A stretch of DNA of 39,554 bases from a virus, in the IMG/VR virus record IMGVR_UViG_3300045988_120837, positions 1-39,554 of that record; one strand, 5' to 3'. A program made the translations under genes and the position numbers. The notes under the pieces are model-generated. The model ran no database searches. It saw only the letters and a program-made list of their open reading frames with translations, and was not told the DNA's origin. Of the stretch, positions 21,871-30,850 are shown piece after piece (the stretch's first letter is position 1; the number at the start of each line of letters is the position of its first letter).

Positions 21871-24179
21871 TGGAAGACCATAGCGACCTTCTGGACGCGC
21901 TCTCGGCAATCGACCCGTCCACACTCAACTACCAGGAATGGCTGGATGTCGGCATGGCGCTCCATGAGAGCGGGCTTCCGCTCGATGCATGGGACGAGTG
22001 GAGCCGCAGGGACGCGGGAAGGTACCACGAGGGCGAGTGCGAGCGCAAGTGGCGCGGATTCGGATCGGGGCAGTCCAGGGTCAAGTCTGGCACGCTCGCC
22101 AAGATGGCGACCGAGCGCGGATGGGTCCCGCCGCGTGCGTCCCAGGGCATGGGCGAGGCGCTGTCGTGGGACGGCGAGATCTCGACCGCCCTCATCGACC
22201 CTTCATGGGTCGAGCCTGTGGAGCTGCCGGAAACCGACAAGACAGGTCCCGAGGAGCTTGTCGAGTACCTCGGCCACCTGTTCGACGAGGACGATGTGGT
22301 CGGCTACGTGTGCGAGAGCTGGGACCGAGAAGGCAAATGGCTCCCCAAGTCGAAGGGATGCTACTCGCGCACCGCCGGCGAGCTGATGCGCGAGCTGAAG
22401 AAGTACGGCTCCATCGAGCAGGCGCTTGGTTCATACGACGACCGCGCCGGCGCATGGATCCGAATCAACCCGCTGGACGGCAAGGGCGTCGGCAACGCCA
22501 ACGTGTCCGAGTTCAAGTATGCGCTGGTCGAATCCGACACGCTGCCCAAGGAGAAGCAGTTGGCGCTCATGCAGGAGCTTCAGCTGCCGTGCGCCGCCAT
22601 CGTCGATTCCGGCAAGAAGAGCCTGCACGCCGTGGTGAAGGTCGACGCCCGCGATTACAACGAATACCGCGACCGCGTCATGCGCCTGTACGACGTCTGC
22701 AGGAAGAACGGACTCGACCCGGACACCCAGAATAAGAACCCGAGCCGCCTGTCGAGGATGCCCGGTGCCATGCGCTCCGGCGAGCGCCAGCGTTTGGTGA
22801 GCGGTCCGTGCGGAAAGGCATCATGGTCGGAATGGTGGGACTGGATGCAGGAGACCACCGACGACCTGCCCGACCCCGAGAATCTGGCATCCGAGTGGGA
22901 GAACATGCCGGAGCTCGCGCCGCCGCTCATCGATGGAGTGCTGCGCCAAGGCCACAAGATGCTTTTGGCGGGACCGTCCAAGGCGGGCAAGTCATTCGCG
23001 CTCATCGAGTTGTGCGTGTCGCTCGCCGAGGGCAAGCCGTGGTTCGGGTGGAAGTGCGCGCAGGGAAGGGTGCTCTACGTCAACCTCGAGCTGGATTCCG
23101 CGAGCTGCCTGCACCGCTTCAAGGACGTGTACAGGGCGCTCGGCTACGAGCCCGAGAACGTGGGGAACATCGACATCTGGAACCTGCGAGGGCGCTCCGT
23201 GCCGATGGACAGGTTGGCACCCTCGCTCATCCGCCGTGCGCTCAAGACGCGCCCAATCGCCGTGGTGATCGACCCCATCTACAAGGTCATCACGGGAGAC
23301 GAGAACAGCGCCGACCAGATGGCGGCGTTCTGCAACCAGTTCGACAAGGTCGCCCAGCAGGTCGGCTGCGCCGTCATCTACTGCCACCACCATTCTAAGG
23401 GCCTGCAGGGACAGAAACGCTCGATGGACCGCGCATCCGGATCGGGCGTGTTCGCGCGAGACCCGGACGCGCTGCTGGACATGACGGCGTTGGAATTGAC
23501 CGACGAGTGCACCAAGGCGCACTACGACTGGCGCAGGCAGCACGCGATCTGGGCGGCATTCGACAAGTTTCTGCCGGAATGGCGCTCGGATGAGAAGTTC
23601 GTGGGCATCGATTCCGCCGATGACCTCCAGAAGTGGGCGAACGAGCCGGCGAACGGAGCGCCCATCGAGTTGCGCCGCGAGCTTGAATCCATCCACGAGA
23701 ATTTGCAGGAATCGTCGCGCGGATGGGCGGCATGGCGTATCGAGGGCACGCTTCGAGAGTTCCGCAGCTTCAAGCCCAAGAACCTGTGGTTCGAGTATCC
23801 CGTTCACCTGCCGGACGAGACGGGCGCTTTGGCTGACCTGAAATGCGAGGGCGAATACGATCCGAGAGCGAGCCGATCCAAGGGAAGGGAAGCGTCCCAG
23901 AAAACCTTCAAATCGGAGCAGCAGCAGAAGGTGAGCCTGATCCGCGAGGCCATGGAGCGGTGCGCCGAGGACGGGGTCGAGCCGACAAGGGTCAACGTGC
24001 TCGAGCGCATCGGTGAGGTCGAGTTCAGGGGCAAGCCTTTTGATATGACGGCGCTCCAATACGCCACCAGAAAAGGAACGAAATGGTGTCCGTTCCGTAT
24101 AAAGAAGGGCACCGATGTCCTTTATGACAAAGACAATCAAGCTCTTGATTTTGACGGTGAAATCGACCCATCCGAATAG
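21870..24179 (+). CDS. Bifunctional primase-polymerase / RepA-like (AAA_25) helicase
   Basis: N-terminal PriCT_2-like region (..YQEWLDVGMALHESG...WDEWSRRD...KW..F). A prim-pol-like core (..VDSGKKSLHAVVKV..). Walker A GPSKAGKSF and Walker B-like AVVIDPI. TGATG coupling at 21870; the track ORF from 21288 is an overlapping extension. Confidence 0.8.
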   Translation: MEDHSDLLDALSAIDPSTLNYQEWLDVGMALHESGLPLDAWDEWSRRDAGRYHEGECERKWRGFGSGQSRVKSGTLAKMATERGWVPPRASQGMGEALSWDGEISTALIDPSWVEPVELPETDKTGPEELVEYLGHLFDEDDVVGYVCESWDREGKWLPKSKGCYSRTAGELMRELKKYGSIEQALGSYDDRAGAWIRINPLDGKGVGNANVSEFKYALVESDTLPKEKQLALMQELQLPCAAIVDSGKKSLHAVVKVDARDYNEYRDRVMRLYDVCRKNGLDPDTQNKNPSRLSRMPGAMRSGERQRLVSGPCGKASWSEWWDWMQETTDDLPDPENLASEWENMPELAPPLIDGVLRQGHKMLLAGPSKAGKSFALIELCVSLAEGKPWFGWKCAQGRVLYVNLELDSASCLHRFKDVYRALGYEPENVGNIDIWNLRGRSVPMDRLAPSLIRRALKTRPIAVVIDPIYKVITGDENSADQMAAFCNQFDKVAQQVGCAVIYCHHHSKGLQGQKRSMDRASGSGVFARDPDALLDMTALELTDECTKAHYDWRRQHAIWAAFDKFLPEWRSDEKFVGIDSADDLQKWANEPANGAPIELRRELESIHENLQESSRGWAAWRIEGTLREFRSFKPKNLWFEYPVHLPDETGALADLKCEGEYDPRASRSKGREASQKTFKSEQQQKVSLIREAMERCAEDGVEPTRVNVLERIGEVEFRGKPFDMTALQYATRKGTKWCPFRIKKGTDVLYDKDNQALDFDGEIDPSE

Positions 24180-24194
24180 GTTTTGAATTAAATA

Positions 24195-24463
24195 ACCCAC
24201 GGGTTGTAAAGCCTTGTTTTTACAGGTTTACAAGGGTTGTGAAAATGGGTTGTAAACCTATTACTACGTAATAGGGGTTTACAACCCTACACCCCAAGGG
24301 CTGAGTGTAGACACGTGCGTGCGGGCTAAAGCCGCGCCCGCACTCGTACGCGGGTGGCTAACGGTCTACACCCAACCCCCGCGGTGTAAACGGGAATTCC
24401 GCGTTTCGCCGCTTTTCATTTTTTTCGACAACCAAATCAAAAATCCAACGAGAGGGGTTCGTT
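24195..24463. repeat. Iteron / palindrome cluster with an adjacent AT-rich tract (candidate origin or regulator-binding region)
   Basis: GGGTTGTAAA-type units lie at 24201, 24234 and 24247 (forward) and at 24225 and 24276 (reverse). A long hairpin spans 24247-24287. GTGTAGAC (24305) and GTCTACAC (24364) flank GTGCGGGC-N9-GCCCGCAC. An AT-rich tract lies at about 24410-24450. Confidence 0.55.
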
Positions 24464-24586
24464 ATGAAATTCGACCCATGGACATTCGTCGGCTATCTGG
24501 TCGCGCTGGCGCTTGTTGCGCTCGGGCTGCTGCTCATCCTGTGGGGCTGCCTCGCCGTGTTTGCGCAAATCAGGGGGCTCTGCTGA
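24464..24586 (+). CDS. 40-aa transmembrane peptide upstream of RusA
   Basis: ATG 6 nt after AGAGGGG. Product is MKFDPWTFVGYLVALALVALGLLLILWGCLAVFAQIRGLC. TGATG coupling to the next gene. Confidence 0.5.
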   Translation: MKFDPWTFVGYLVALALVALGLLLILWGCLAVFAQIRGLC

Positions 24587-25035
24587 TGGCGGGGGAGTGG
24601 TCGGCATTTCTGGCCATGCCCGTGCCCACCGTCACGCACAACAGCCTCGAGCCGTTCATGCGCAAGGGCAAGCCAAGCATCCGCAAGTCCGACGAGCTGA
24701 AGGAGGCCGAGGACAGGATCATCGCGCGCATAGTCGCCAAGGGCGTGCCGGACAAGCCGCTCGGCGGTGCGCTGAGGTTGCATGTGACGTGGTGTTTCCA
24801 CGTGACCGGCAACCACCGGCAGGGCGAGCCGCACCTCGTGAAGCCGGACACCAGCAACCTGCTGAAGACGCTCGAGGACTGCCTGACCCGCTGCGGGGTA
24901 ATCAGGGACGACTCGCTCATCTGCTCGCACGACCTGACCAAGGGATGGTCGGACCCGCAGGGGATCTACGTCCGCGTCGAGTGCATCGGCTTCGATTCGG
25001 GGGACGGCACCGCGACCATTGGCACGGACAGATGA
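24586..25035 (+). CDS. rusA: RusA-family Holliday-junction resolvase
   Basis: ..LVKPDTSNLLKTLEDCLTRCGVIRDDSLI.. matches the RusA KPD.DNL.K...D.L core. In frame with track ORF 24319..25035. Confidence 0.8.
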   Translation: MAGEWSAFLAMPVPTVTHNSLEPFMRKGKPSIRKSDELKEAEDRIIARIVAKGVPDKPLGGALRLHVTWCFHVTGNHRQGEPHLVKPDTSNLLKTLEDCLTRCGVIRDDSLICSHDLTKGWSDPQGIYVRVECIGFDSGDGTATIGTDR

Positions 25036-25054
25036 GAGGGAAGGGATAGCAACA

Positions 25055-25366
25055 ATGGGAGGAAACAGCGCGGGCCGCGTGCAGACACGCAGGTTCCACA
25101 GGCTCAAGGCGGAGTTCTTCGCCAAGTGCCAGGCCGAGCGCCCGGTGTGCTGGCTGTGCGGCCAGCCCATCGACTACTCGGCAGACCCCGGCACGACCGC
25201 CGACTCGCTGACACTGGACCACCGCGTGCCCGTGAGCAAGCGACCGGACCTGCAGGAAGACCCGGCGAACTTCGAGCCCGCGCACTTCGCGTGCAACTCG
25301 AGACGAGGCAACGGCGAGCCGCCCGTGAGCCTGGGAGTGCTGAGCCGCAAGTGGACTGCGGACTGA
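25055..25366 (+). CDS. HNH endonuclease (packaging-associated)
   Basis: ..CWLCGQPI...LDHRVPVS.......NFEPAHFACNSRRG.. (the H-N-H pattern). It lies directly upstream of the terminase genes. Confidence 0.8.
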   Translation: MGGNSAGRVQTRRFHRLKAEFFAKCQAERPVCWLCGQPIDYSADPGTTADSLTLDHRVPVSKRPDLQEDPANFEPAHFACNSRRGNGEPPVSLGVLSRKWTAD

Positions 25367-25536
25367 CGGGGAGGGGCGGTAAGCGATCTACCTGCGGGTT
25401 TAGCGGACTACCATCCGCGTGTGCCTTCTTCCTCTCTCCCCGATATTCCGATTTGGAATAACCGCAGGTAGAGGGGTGTTTTTGATTGATGTTCGGGGAA
25501 GATGCCCCGAAAAGCCGGCGGACGAGGTGATTTTGG
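25367..25536. promoter_or_regulatory. Candidate cos/packaging-recognition spacer
   Basis: Non-coding spacer between HNH and TerS, dense in dyad symmetries. TCTACCTGCGG (25387) pairs with CCGCAGGTAGA (25462). TATTCC-N5-GGAATA is at 25444-25460. TTCGGGG-N6-CCCCGAA is at 25492-25511. Confidence 0.45.
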
Positions 25537-25875
25537 ATGAAGTTGGATGAACTTAAGGGCTTTTCAGAGACGTTTGAAGATGCCGTTTTGCACGCGGACT
25601 GGTTGAGAGACCAGTACGGCAATATCGCCCCGAAATTCGTGGCTACAGTCCGTCTTGGGCGGTCTTTGGCTAAGAAACTCGATAAACTGGAACAGCACGA
25701 CTGGATTAACGCCGCCGACAAGCCCGACACGACCACCGTGAGCCAGTACCTGAAGGTCCTGGACGCGCTGAAGCTCAACCCGAGCTGCGACAAGTCCATC
25801 AAGGCCGAGCCGCAGAAAAAGAAGTCGAGCTCGCTGGCGGCATTCACATCCGGATTCAAGGTCGTGAACGGCTGA
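25537..25875 (+). CDS. terS: Terminase small subunit (by position; P27-like size)
   Basis: 112-aa helical protein immediately upstream of TerL and coupled to it by TGATG. Confidence 0.6.
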   Translation: MKLDELKGFSETFEDAVLHADWLRDQYGNIAPKFVATVRLGRSLAKKLDKLEQHDWINAADKPDTTTVSQYLKVLDALKLNPSCDKSIKAEPQKKKSSSLAAFTSGFKVVNG

Positions 25876-27458
25876 TGGGCGCACTCCACGTCAAAGCGGA
25901 AGAGAAAGGTTACGCCGAGCCGAGAATCTGGACCAAGCCCTTGCGCGAGCTCACGCCCGAGACCTCGTTGGGTTTCGAGGTCATCGACTACGCCCGCGAG
26001 GTGCTCCACGTGGAGCTGCGACCGTGGCAGAAGTGGCTGCTCATCCACGCACTCGAGCTGAACGAGGACGGCAGCTACCGTTTCAAGAAGGTCATCGTCC
26101 TCGTCGCTCGACAGAACGGCAAGACGATGCTCGCCAGTGTGCTGTCCAGCTGGTGGCTGTTCGTCGATTCACAACGACACCCGGAGCGCGTCCCGCCCGT
26201 GAAGTTCAAGATCGTCGGCACCGCCCAGAATCTCGATATCGCGCGAGAGCCCTGGTCGCAGGTGCGCCTGTGGTGCAACCCGGAGCCGCAGAGCGAGGCG
26301 GAATCGGAAGTCGCGATAGCCGACCTGCAGGAGGCGACCAACAAGGTCTCGGATACCAACGGCAAGGAGTACATCCAGGCGGCGTCGCTGGCGCACTACG
26401 AGATCCGCGCCGCCAAGAACGCCCGCGGCAAGCCCGCCGCCCGCGTCCTCATGGACGAGCTGCGCGAGCAGGAGAACTGGGTCGCGTGGAACGCCACCTC
26501 GCAGACCACGAAATCCTTCTGGAGCGGTCAGCTCTGGGGTATCTCCAATGCCGGCGATGCGAAGTCGGTCGTTCTCGCCGCCCAGCGCAAGGCCGCGCTC
26601 AAGGTGGTCGCCAGCTGGGAGAAGCTTGTCGAGAAGCGCGGCATGGACCCGTTCGAGTGGGCCGACAAGCACGACAACGCCATCGGCATCTTCGAGTGGT
26701 CGGGCCGTGACGGCTGCGAGCTGGACAGCGACGAGGACCTCCTGCAGGCGAACCCCTCGTGCGGCTACGGCGGCATGACGCTCAAATCGCTCAAGTCAGA
26801 CATCGACGGCATGACCGAGGCGGCCTACCGCACCGAGGTCCTCTGCCAGTGGGTCACGGCTGACGTGGACCCCTACGTCGACGTCGAGACATGGGAGTCG
26901 CTCACCGACAACGACAGCCGAATCCCCGAGGACGAGCGCGTCATGCTCGCCATCGACACCAGCGAGGACCGCAAGACAACCTACATCGCGGTCGCCGGCG
27001 CGAGGGGCGATGGCCTTGATCATGTCGAGGTCATCGCCCGGCGAGACGGCAACCTGTGGGTGTCGAAATACCTCAAGTCCGTGCAGGAGGCATGGGGCAT
27101 CGACGAGGTCGCGCTTCAGTCGAAGGGATGCCCTGCGGGGGACTTCCGCGACATGCTTGAGGAAGAAGGATGGACGGTCCATGCCATCGAGGGCAGCAAG
27201 CTCGGCTCCGTTGCAGGCAGCTTCAAGGATGCGGTACTCGACGGGACCATCCGCCACACCGACCAGCCGGTTCTCACGCAGCAGCTCAAGTGCGCTGTCA
27301 CTCGAAAGCTCGGCGAGGTCGATGTCTGGACGCGCAGGGCATCGCAGGGTCAGATCTCGGCGGTTGTCGCCGCGAGCGAGGCGCTCTGGGCGCTGCGCAA
27401 CTGCGAGCGACCGAAGCCCAAGGCCAAGCCTTCGCCCTATCCGCTGACGATTATCTAG
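25875..27458 (+). CDS. terL: Terminase large subunit
   Basis: ..RPWQKWLLIHALE...VARQNGKT.. (Walker A region of Terminase_1-type ATPases), followed by a C-terminal nuclease-sized domain. Confidence 0.9.
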   Translation: MGALHVKAEEKGYAEPRIWTKPLRELTPETSLGFEVIDYAREVLHVELRPWQKWLLIHALELNEDGSYRFKKVIVLVARQNGKTMLASVLSSWWLFVDSQRHPERVPPVKFKIVGTAQNLDIAREPWSQVRLWCNPEPQSEAESEVAIADLQEATNKVSDTNGKEYIQAASLAHYEIRAAKNARGKPAARVLMDELREQENWVAWNATSQTTKSFWSGQLWGISNAGDAKSVVLAAQRKAALKVVASWEKLVEKRGMDPFEWADKHDNAIGIFEWSGRDGCELDSDEDLLQANPSCGYGGMTLKSLKSDIDGMTEAAYRTEVLCQWVTADVDPYVDVETWESLTDNDSRIPEDERVMLAIDTSEDRKTTYIAVAGARGDGLDHVEVIARRDGNLWVSKYLKSVQEAWGIDEVALQSKGCPAGDFRDMLEEEGWTVHAIEGSKLGSVAGSFKDAVLDGTIRHTDQPVLTQQLKCAVTRKLGEVDVWTRRASQGQISAVVAASEALWALRNCERPKPKAKPSPYPLTII

Positions 27459-27468
27459 GAGCTGACAC

Positions 27469-28794
27469 ATGCGCTTTTCCGACCGCATCAGGGCGGCCTA
27501 CGATGGCTTCACGGGCAAATCCGAGACTGCCGAGAATGCCGCCAAGCAGTCCGAGACCACCGCGCAGCACGTGCTTTCCCATGCGCCGATGATTCCTCCC
27601 GGTTTGGCGGAGGATATCGCTTTCGGCGATTACGACCGCCGCGACCTCTGGGCCGCGGAGTACAACGTCCGCATGGTGGTCGATTTCGTGGCGAGCAAGA
27701 TCGCGGCGCTCCCGTTCCATGCGTACCGCGTGAAGCCCAACGGCGACCGCGAGGAGGCTCCTAACTCCGAAATCGGCAAGCTCATCGCTGACCCGAGCTA
27801 CGTTGCGAACGAGACGCGATACCGCCTCATCCACTCGCTGGTTGTCGACATGATGCTCAACGACCAGTGGCTGATGCTGCTCACGATGGACAAGGACTAC
27901 GACTACCGTCTGCGCCGCATCCCGTACGGCACGTACTCCGTTCAGTACAACGCGCTCGCGGAGCCGATGGGAGTCCAGATCACGCTCCCAAACGGTCAGG
28001 TCAACTACGAGCTGCCGAACAAGAACGTCCTGCTGTCGCTCGGCTACCCCGGCGCGGTCGGCAATCCCAAGCCAATGTCCGGCGCCTTGGGGCCGCTTCT
28101 CACCGAGGCGCGCGAGCTGGCGAGTTACCGTCGCTTCATCGCCCAGAACGGCGGACGCATTCCCGCCTACATCAAGCGACCCGCCGGTATGGAGTGGGCG
28201 AGCGAGCAGGCGCGCAATGACTTCATTCAGGGCATGCGCGCCTACCGCAAGGGCGGTGGCAAGGACGGCGGCTGGCCCCTGCTCGAGGACGGTATGGATA
28301 TCGTCACGGTAGACGCCTTCAAGCCGGTCGATATGGCCGACCTCGATGCACGCGACCGAATCGGCATCGCCGTGTGCAACGCATACCACATCTCGCCGGA
28401 GAACGTCGGCATCCGCACCGGCAACAAGTCGAGCGTGGAGGCCTACAAGGACCAGCTGTGGAATGTCGAGCTGTCCCCATACGTCGTTCAGCTCGAACAG
28501 CAGCTGAATCATGTCATCCCCAAGGCGGTCGGCGAGGAGGACGTCTTCATCCTCGCGAACATGGATGCTCAGCTGCGGGGTACCCCCAGCGAACAATACA
28601 AGGCGTTGAGCACGGCGACCGGTCGTCCGTTCATGTCCCTGAACGAGGGCCGACGCAAGCTCAACCTTCCCGCCAAGGATGACGGCGACGAGGTGATCGT
28701 CCCGCTCAACGTCACCCAAGGCGGTCAGCCGTCCCCGCAGGACGGCGGCAATACCCAGAACGCCCAGACGGGCGCGAGCCCGAACGGGAGGTAA
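27469..28794 (+). CDS. Portal protein (HK97 family)
   Basis: 441 aa. Positioned after TerL and before the prohead protease. Confidence 0.85.
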   Translation: MRFSDRIRAAYDGFTGKSETAENAAKQSETTAQHVLSHAPMIPPGLAEDIAFGDYDRRDLWAAEYNVRMVVDFVASKIAALPFHAYRVKPNGDREEAPNSEIGKLIADPSYVANETRYRLIHSLVVDMMLNDQWLMLLTMDKDYDYRLRRIPYGTYSVQYNALAEPMGVQITLPNGQVNYELPNKNVLLSLGYPGAVGNPKPMSGALGPLLTEARELASYRRFIAQNGGRIPAYIKRPAGMEWASEQARNDFIQGMRAYRKGGGKDGGWPLLEDGMDIVTVDAFKPVDMADLDARDRIGIAVCNAYHISPENVGIRTGNKSSVEAYKDQLWNVELSPYVVQLEQQLNHVIPKAVGEEDVFILANMDAQLRGTPSEQYKALSTATGRPFMSLNEGRRKLNLPAKDDGDEVIVPLNVTQGGQPSPQDGGNTQNAQTGASPNGR

Positions 28795-28798
28795 CAAG

Positions 28799-29485
28799 AT
28801 GAGCAAGCTCGATTTCCTCAATTTCGAGGTCAAGGCCGTCCCCGAGGAGGAGGGCGTGTTCGAGGGCTACGCCTCCACGTGGGAGCGCGACCTTATCGAC
28901 GACGAGATCACCAAGGGCGCTTACGCCGAGACGCTTTCCGCCGACTACCCGGATGGCGGCGCGGGAATCCCGCTCTATTGGGGCCATAACTACGATTCGC
29001 CGCTCAACTGCATCGGCGAGTCCCTTTCCGCGTGCGAGGACAAGAAGGGCCTGAACGTCAAGTTCAAGTTCGACCTCGATACCGCCGAGGGCAAGAAGGC
29101 GTACGACCTGCTCAAGCGCGGCCTCGTGCACCAGATGTCGGTCGGCTTCCTCGCGCAGAAGACCGCTTGGGTCAAGGACGAGGGCGACCAGTGGTCGCAC
29201 CGCCGCATCGAGAAGATCAAGCTCTTCGAGGTCTCCGTGGTGCCCATCGCCTGCAACCAGCAGGCCGAGGTCACCGACGTCAAGAGCGGTCGAGCCATCT
29301 CCAAGGACAACGAGTCCCTCATCCAGCAGGCTATCGACTGCCTGCAGGATGTGCTCAAGAATGTCGGCTCCGATGACGATTCCGATGAATCCGATGAAAC
29401 CGATGAAAAGGCTCATGCACTTGCCGAGCGCAAGTCTGAGATAGCAGAAATCGCCGAATACCTCGGCGGAGCAGTCACCGATTAG
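28799..29485 (+). CDS. Prohead maturation protease (HK97 family, S78)
   Basis: ..FEGYASTWERDLIDDEI...PLYWGHN...HQMSVGF.. It has an acidic C-terminal tail. Confidence 0.85.
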   Translation: MSKLDFLNFEVKAVPEEEGVFEGYASTWERDLIDDEITKGAYAETLSADYPDGGAGIPLYWGHNYDSPLNCIGESLSACEDKKGLNVKFKFDLDTAEGKKAYDLLKRGLVHQMSVGFLAQKTAWVKDEGDQWSHRRIEKIKLFEVSVVPIACNQQAEVTDVKSGRAISKDNESLIQQAIDCLQDVLKNVGSDDDSDESDETDEKAHALAERKSEIAEIAEYLGGAVTD

Positions 29486-29495
29486 GAGGACAAAC

Positions 29496-30821
29496 ATGCG
29501 CATTAAGGAGCGTATCGCCGCCGAGAAGAAGGCGGCACAGGACATCCTCGCCAAGGGCGAGGAGAACCTCACCGATGAGGAGTTCGAGCAGCTGAAGCAG
29601 CACGTCTCCGAGGCCAAGAAGCTCGAGGAGCGCGCCGCACTGCTCAAGGACGGAGCCGAGATCCTCGACAACGCCGCCGAGGGCAAGAACCTCGAGCAGA
29701 AGAAGGAGGAGAACGCCGTGACCGCGAAGAGCATCGGCGAGCATTTCGCCAACGAGCTGAAGGCAAAGGGCCTCACGGTCGCCAAGGCCAAGACCATCAA
29801 CTTCGAGACCTCCGAGTTCGGCACCAAGGCCGCTGCCGACGTGAACCTCACCGGCGGCGCCGCTGGCTCCAACGCCCCGTACCTCACCGAGATCGACGAT
29901 CCCGCCTTCGCCACGCGCCAGGACCTGCTCATCGTCAACCTGTTCGGCACCGGCACCATGGGCGGTCAGGTGCTGAAGTACCCGGTCTACGGCAAGCTCG
30001 AGGGCAAGCCCGGCGAGACCGCCGAGGGCGCAGCCGCCGCACACACCCACTTCCCCGACCCCACCTGGGAGAACGACACCCTCCACTCCATCACGGACCT
30101 GTGGGAGATCACCGATGACATGATCGACGACCTGCCCTATGTCGTCTCCGAGATTAACGACCACAACCAGTACGAGTTCGACCTGGTCAAGGAGAACGAG
30201 ATCTGGAACGGCGACGGCACCAGCGACAACATCAAGGGCCTTGTCGCGCGAATCCCGTCCGACTCCGTTATTGCCGGCACCAGCACCGAGCCGCTCGAGG
30301 ACCGTATCTTCACGGCAATCACGATGATCAAGAAGAACGTCAACCGCACGGCTGACGGTTTGGTCATCAACCCCGAGGACTATAAGACCCTGCGCCTGAA
30401 GCGCGACAAGAACGGCCAGTACTACGGCGGCGGCTTCTTCCTGCCGCCCTACAACGGCACCGGCACCCTCGTCATCCAGCAGACCCCGTGGGGCCTGCCG
30501 ACCGTGGTCACCCCGACCCAGGCGAAGGGCAACTGCGTGGTCGGCGCCTTCAAGACCGGTAAGGTCCTGTCCCGCGGCGCACGCACGCTGAAGACCAGCG
30601 ACTCCCATAAGGAGAACTTCGGCTCCGGCATCACCGCCTTCCGCCTGAAGGAGCGCTGCACGCTTCAGGTCAAGTACCCGTACGCCTTCGTCAAGGTGTC
30701 CACGGACGAGACCAAGGTCGTCGCGCAGTCCGACGATTCCGGTATCGCAGTCCAGTCCGATGAGCCTGTGGCCGATACCGAGACCGCCAAGACCGCAAAG
30801 ACTGCCAAGGCTACGAAATAG
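29496..30821 (+). CDS. Major capsid protein (HK97 fold) with an N-terminal coiled-coil delta domain
   Basis: 441 aa with a helical K/E-rich N-terminus, then ..LVINPEDYKTLRLKRDKNGQYYGGGFF.., typical of the HK97 MCP family. Confidence 0.9.
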   Translation: MRIKERIAAEKKAAQDILAKGEENLTDEEFEQLKQHVSEAKKLEERAALLKDGAEILDNAAEGKNLEQKKEENAVTAKSIGEHFANELKAKGLTVAKAKTINFETSEFGTKAAADVNLTGGAAGSNAPYLTEIDDPAFATRQDLLIVNLFGTGTMGGQVLKYPVYGKLEGKPGETAEGAAAAHTHFPDPTWENDTLHSITDLWEITDDMIDDLPYVVSEINDHNQYEFDLVKENEIWNGDGTSDNIKGLVARIPSDSVIAGTSTEPLEDRIFTAITMIKKNVNRTADGLVINPEDYKTLRLKRDKNGQYYGGGFFLPPYNGTGTLVIQQTPWGLPTVVTPTQAKGNCVVGAFKTGKVLSRGARTLKTSDSHKENFGSGITAFRLKERCTLQVKYPYAFVKVSTDETKVVAQSDDSGIAVQSDEPVADTETAKTAKTAKATK

Positions 30822-30850
30822 CCTCGGCTGACTGATTGGAAGGGGGCATC

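Noticed and set aside
22992-24200. 402-aa minus-strand ORF. Similar long minus-strand ORFs lie at 27451..28833, 29475..30608, 20914..21924, 12976..13836, 32444..33463, 25104..26048, 28712..29959 and 24493..25170.
   Set aside because: All lie antisense to plus-strand genes that have recognisable motifs (primase-helicase, portal, MCP and others). Their translations are R/A/G/L/P-rich and low in complexity, and they lack RBSs. These are typical stop-poor shadow frames in GC-rich DNA.
24195-24300. The short repeat cluster as a mini-CRISPR array.
   Set aside because: The units are only about 10-12 bp, occur in both orientations with irregular spacers of 0-20 bp, and form palindromes. This is iteron or operator architecture, not CRISPR.
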